Shown here piece after piece: positions 63,353 to 64,000 of a stretch of 64,000 nucleotides of DNA. How positions within the stretch are numbered: the stretch's first letter is position 1; each line of letters starts with the position of its first letter. The stretch spans positions 2,656,946 through 2,720,945 of the forward strand of contig CAJFCJ010000006.1 of the NCBI GenBank assembly GCA_904063045.1, written 5' to 3'. The stretch comes from Dimorphilus gyrociliatus (Eukaryota > Animalia > Annelida). The position numbers and the translations under genes are program-made. The notes beneath the pieces were generated by a model. That model did no database searches. It was given only the letters and a program-made list of their open reading frames with translations, and was not told where the DNA came from.

Positions 63353-64000
63353 ATGAATAATACTACATTTCTTAATCAAATTTTTAAGAATAATATAACT
63401 AATTCCAGTTCTGTAGGTCAGAATGATAATAGGGATTATGGATTAGATCATTTTTTCATAATACTATGTCTTCTTCCGATATCTGCATGCGTTAAACAGA
63501 TTATGGAGAAATTAATTATACCTTATACATTAATACTATTTATTGGCGGAGTGCTTATTTATCAATTCCTGAAAAACAATAATGAATTCCAAGATAGATT
63601 AGTATGGATTAGAGAAACACAATGCGATTTTCTAGGTTATATTCTTGTTCCTCCAATAGTTTGTATTAGTATTTTAAATATGAATAATCTTGATGGATTT
63701 AAGACAAAATACCAAATTATAACTCTGGGGGTGATAGGCTATTTTGCAACGTCGTTTATTGGTGGATTATTCGCAACGTATATGCTCAATTATACTTGGA
63801 CTGTTAAGGATGGGATTGTTTTTGGTTCGATAATATCGGTCATTGACCCTGCAAGTATAAATGATTCTCTAAAGAGAAACAATATCATGAGAAAGCATAC
63901 TATTCATATCTTAAATGGTGAAGTGTCCTTTCAGAATATAATTTGCTTGGTTTTATTTATTACCAATAATACGTTATCTCATAATCCAATCCATACCAGA
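63353..64000 (+). CDS. CPA1 Na+/H+ exchanger, SLC9C/SOS1-like, 5' part (runs off the window; absent from ORF track)
   Basis: Open frame from ATG 63353 to the window end: MNNTTF...'IPYTLILFIGG'...'ILVPPIV'...'YQIITLGVIG'...'FGSIISVIDPASI'...'ILNGEVSFQNI'. Confidence 0.75.
   Translation, partial: MNNTTFLNQIFKNNITNSSSVGQNDNRDYGLDHFFIILCLLPISACVKQIMEKLIIPYTLILFIGGVLIYQFLKNNNEFQDRLVWIRETQCDFLGYILVPPIVCISILNMNNLDGFKTKYQIITLGVIGYFATSFIGGLFATYMLNYTWTVKDGIVFGSIISVIDPASINDSLKRNNIMRKHTIHILNGEVSFQNIICLVLFITNNTLSHNPIHTR

Noticed and set aside
1-64000. tRNA, rRNA, snRNA genes, CRISPR arrays, prokaryotic operons
   Set aside because: No cloverleaf, conserved rRNA/snRNA segment or repeat-spacer array was seen by eye, and the sequence is spliceosomal-intron-containing eukaryotic DNA. 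tRNAscan-SE/Infernal would be needed to exclude small intronic RNAs.

Overview
This is eukaryotic (metazoan) genomic DNA. It is AT-rich and gene-dense, with many short GT-AG introns (about 50-90 nt) and intergenic gaps of a few hundred bp. The style suggests a compact-genome invertebrate such as the annelid Dimorphilus gyrociliatus (inference only). About 27 protein-coding genes can be built by hand-splicing. Recognisable genes: a LENG9-type 2H phosphoesterase, METTL7/TMT1, FDXR, two tandem G-protein gamma subunits, RCBTB1/2, SMARCAL1, ZNRD2, a DAZAP1/Hrb27C-like RRM gene, AGL, PEX19, an XK-related protein, AP1M1, an ADAM10/17-like protease, a PHF21-like ORF, MEAF6, CFAP418, SRP72, DHX16, a MADF-BESS factor, an arylsulfatase, two tandem NRY-type GPCRs, a ZIP transporter and the start of an SLC9C-like exchanger. 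There is also an orphan gene and a decayed mariner/gag relic. MEAF6 and CFAP418 are absent from the supplied ORF track because their exons are small; the SLC9C-like ORF is absent because it has no stop inside the window. The most novel-looking element is a cluster at 16.4-22.2 kb of three unrecognised paralogous genes. They share a signal peptide, two cysteine-patterned domains, conserved phase-1 intron positions and near-identical exon sizes; two are membrane-anchored and one appears secreted. Other oddities: a PHF21 homolog without a PHD finger, a duplicated RPA-binding motif in SMARCAL1, a GC-AG first intron in AGL, CTCF-like motifs in four first introns, six head-to-head gene pairs, and an exchanger lacking the catalytic ND motif. 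No rRNA, tRNA or CRISPR array was seen. All family assignments come from remembered motifs; no database search was run.
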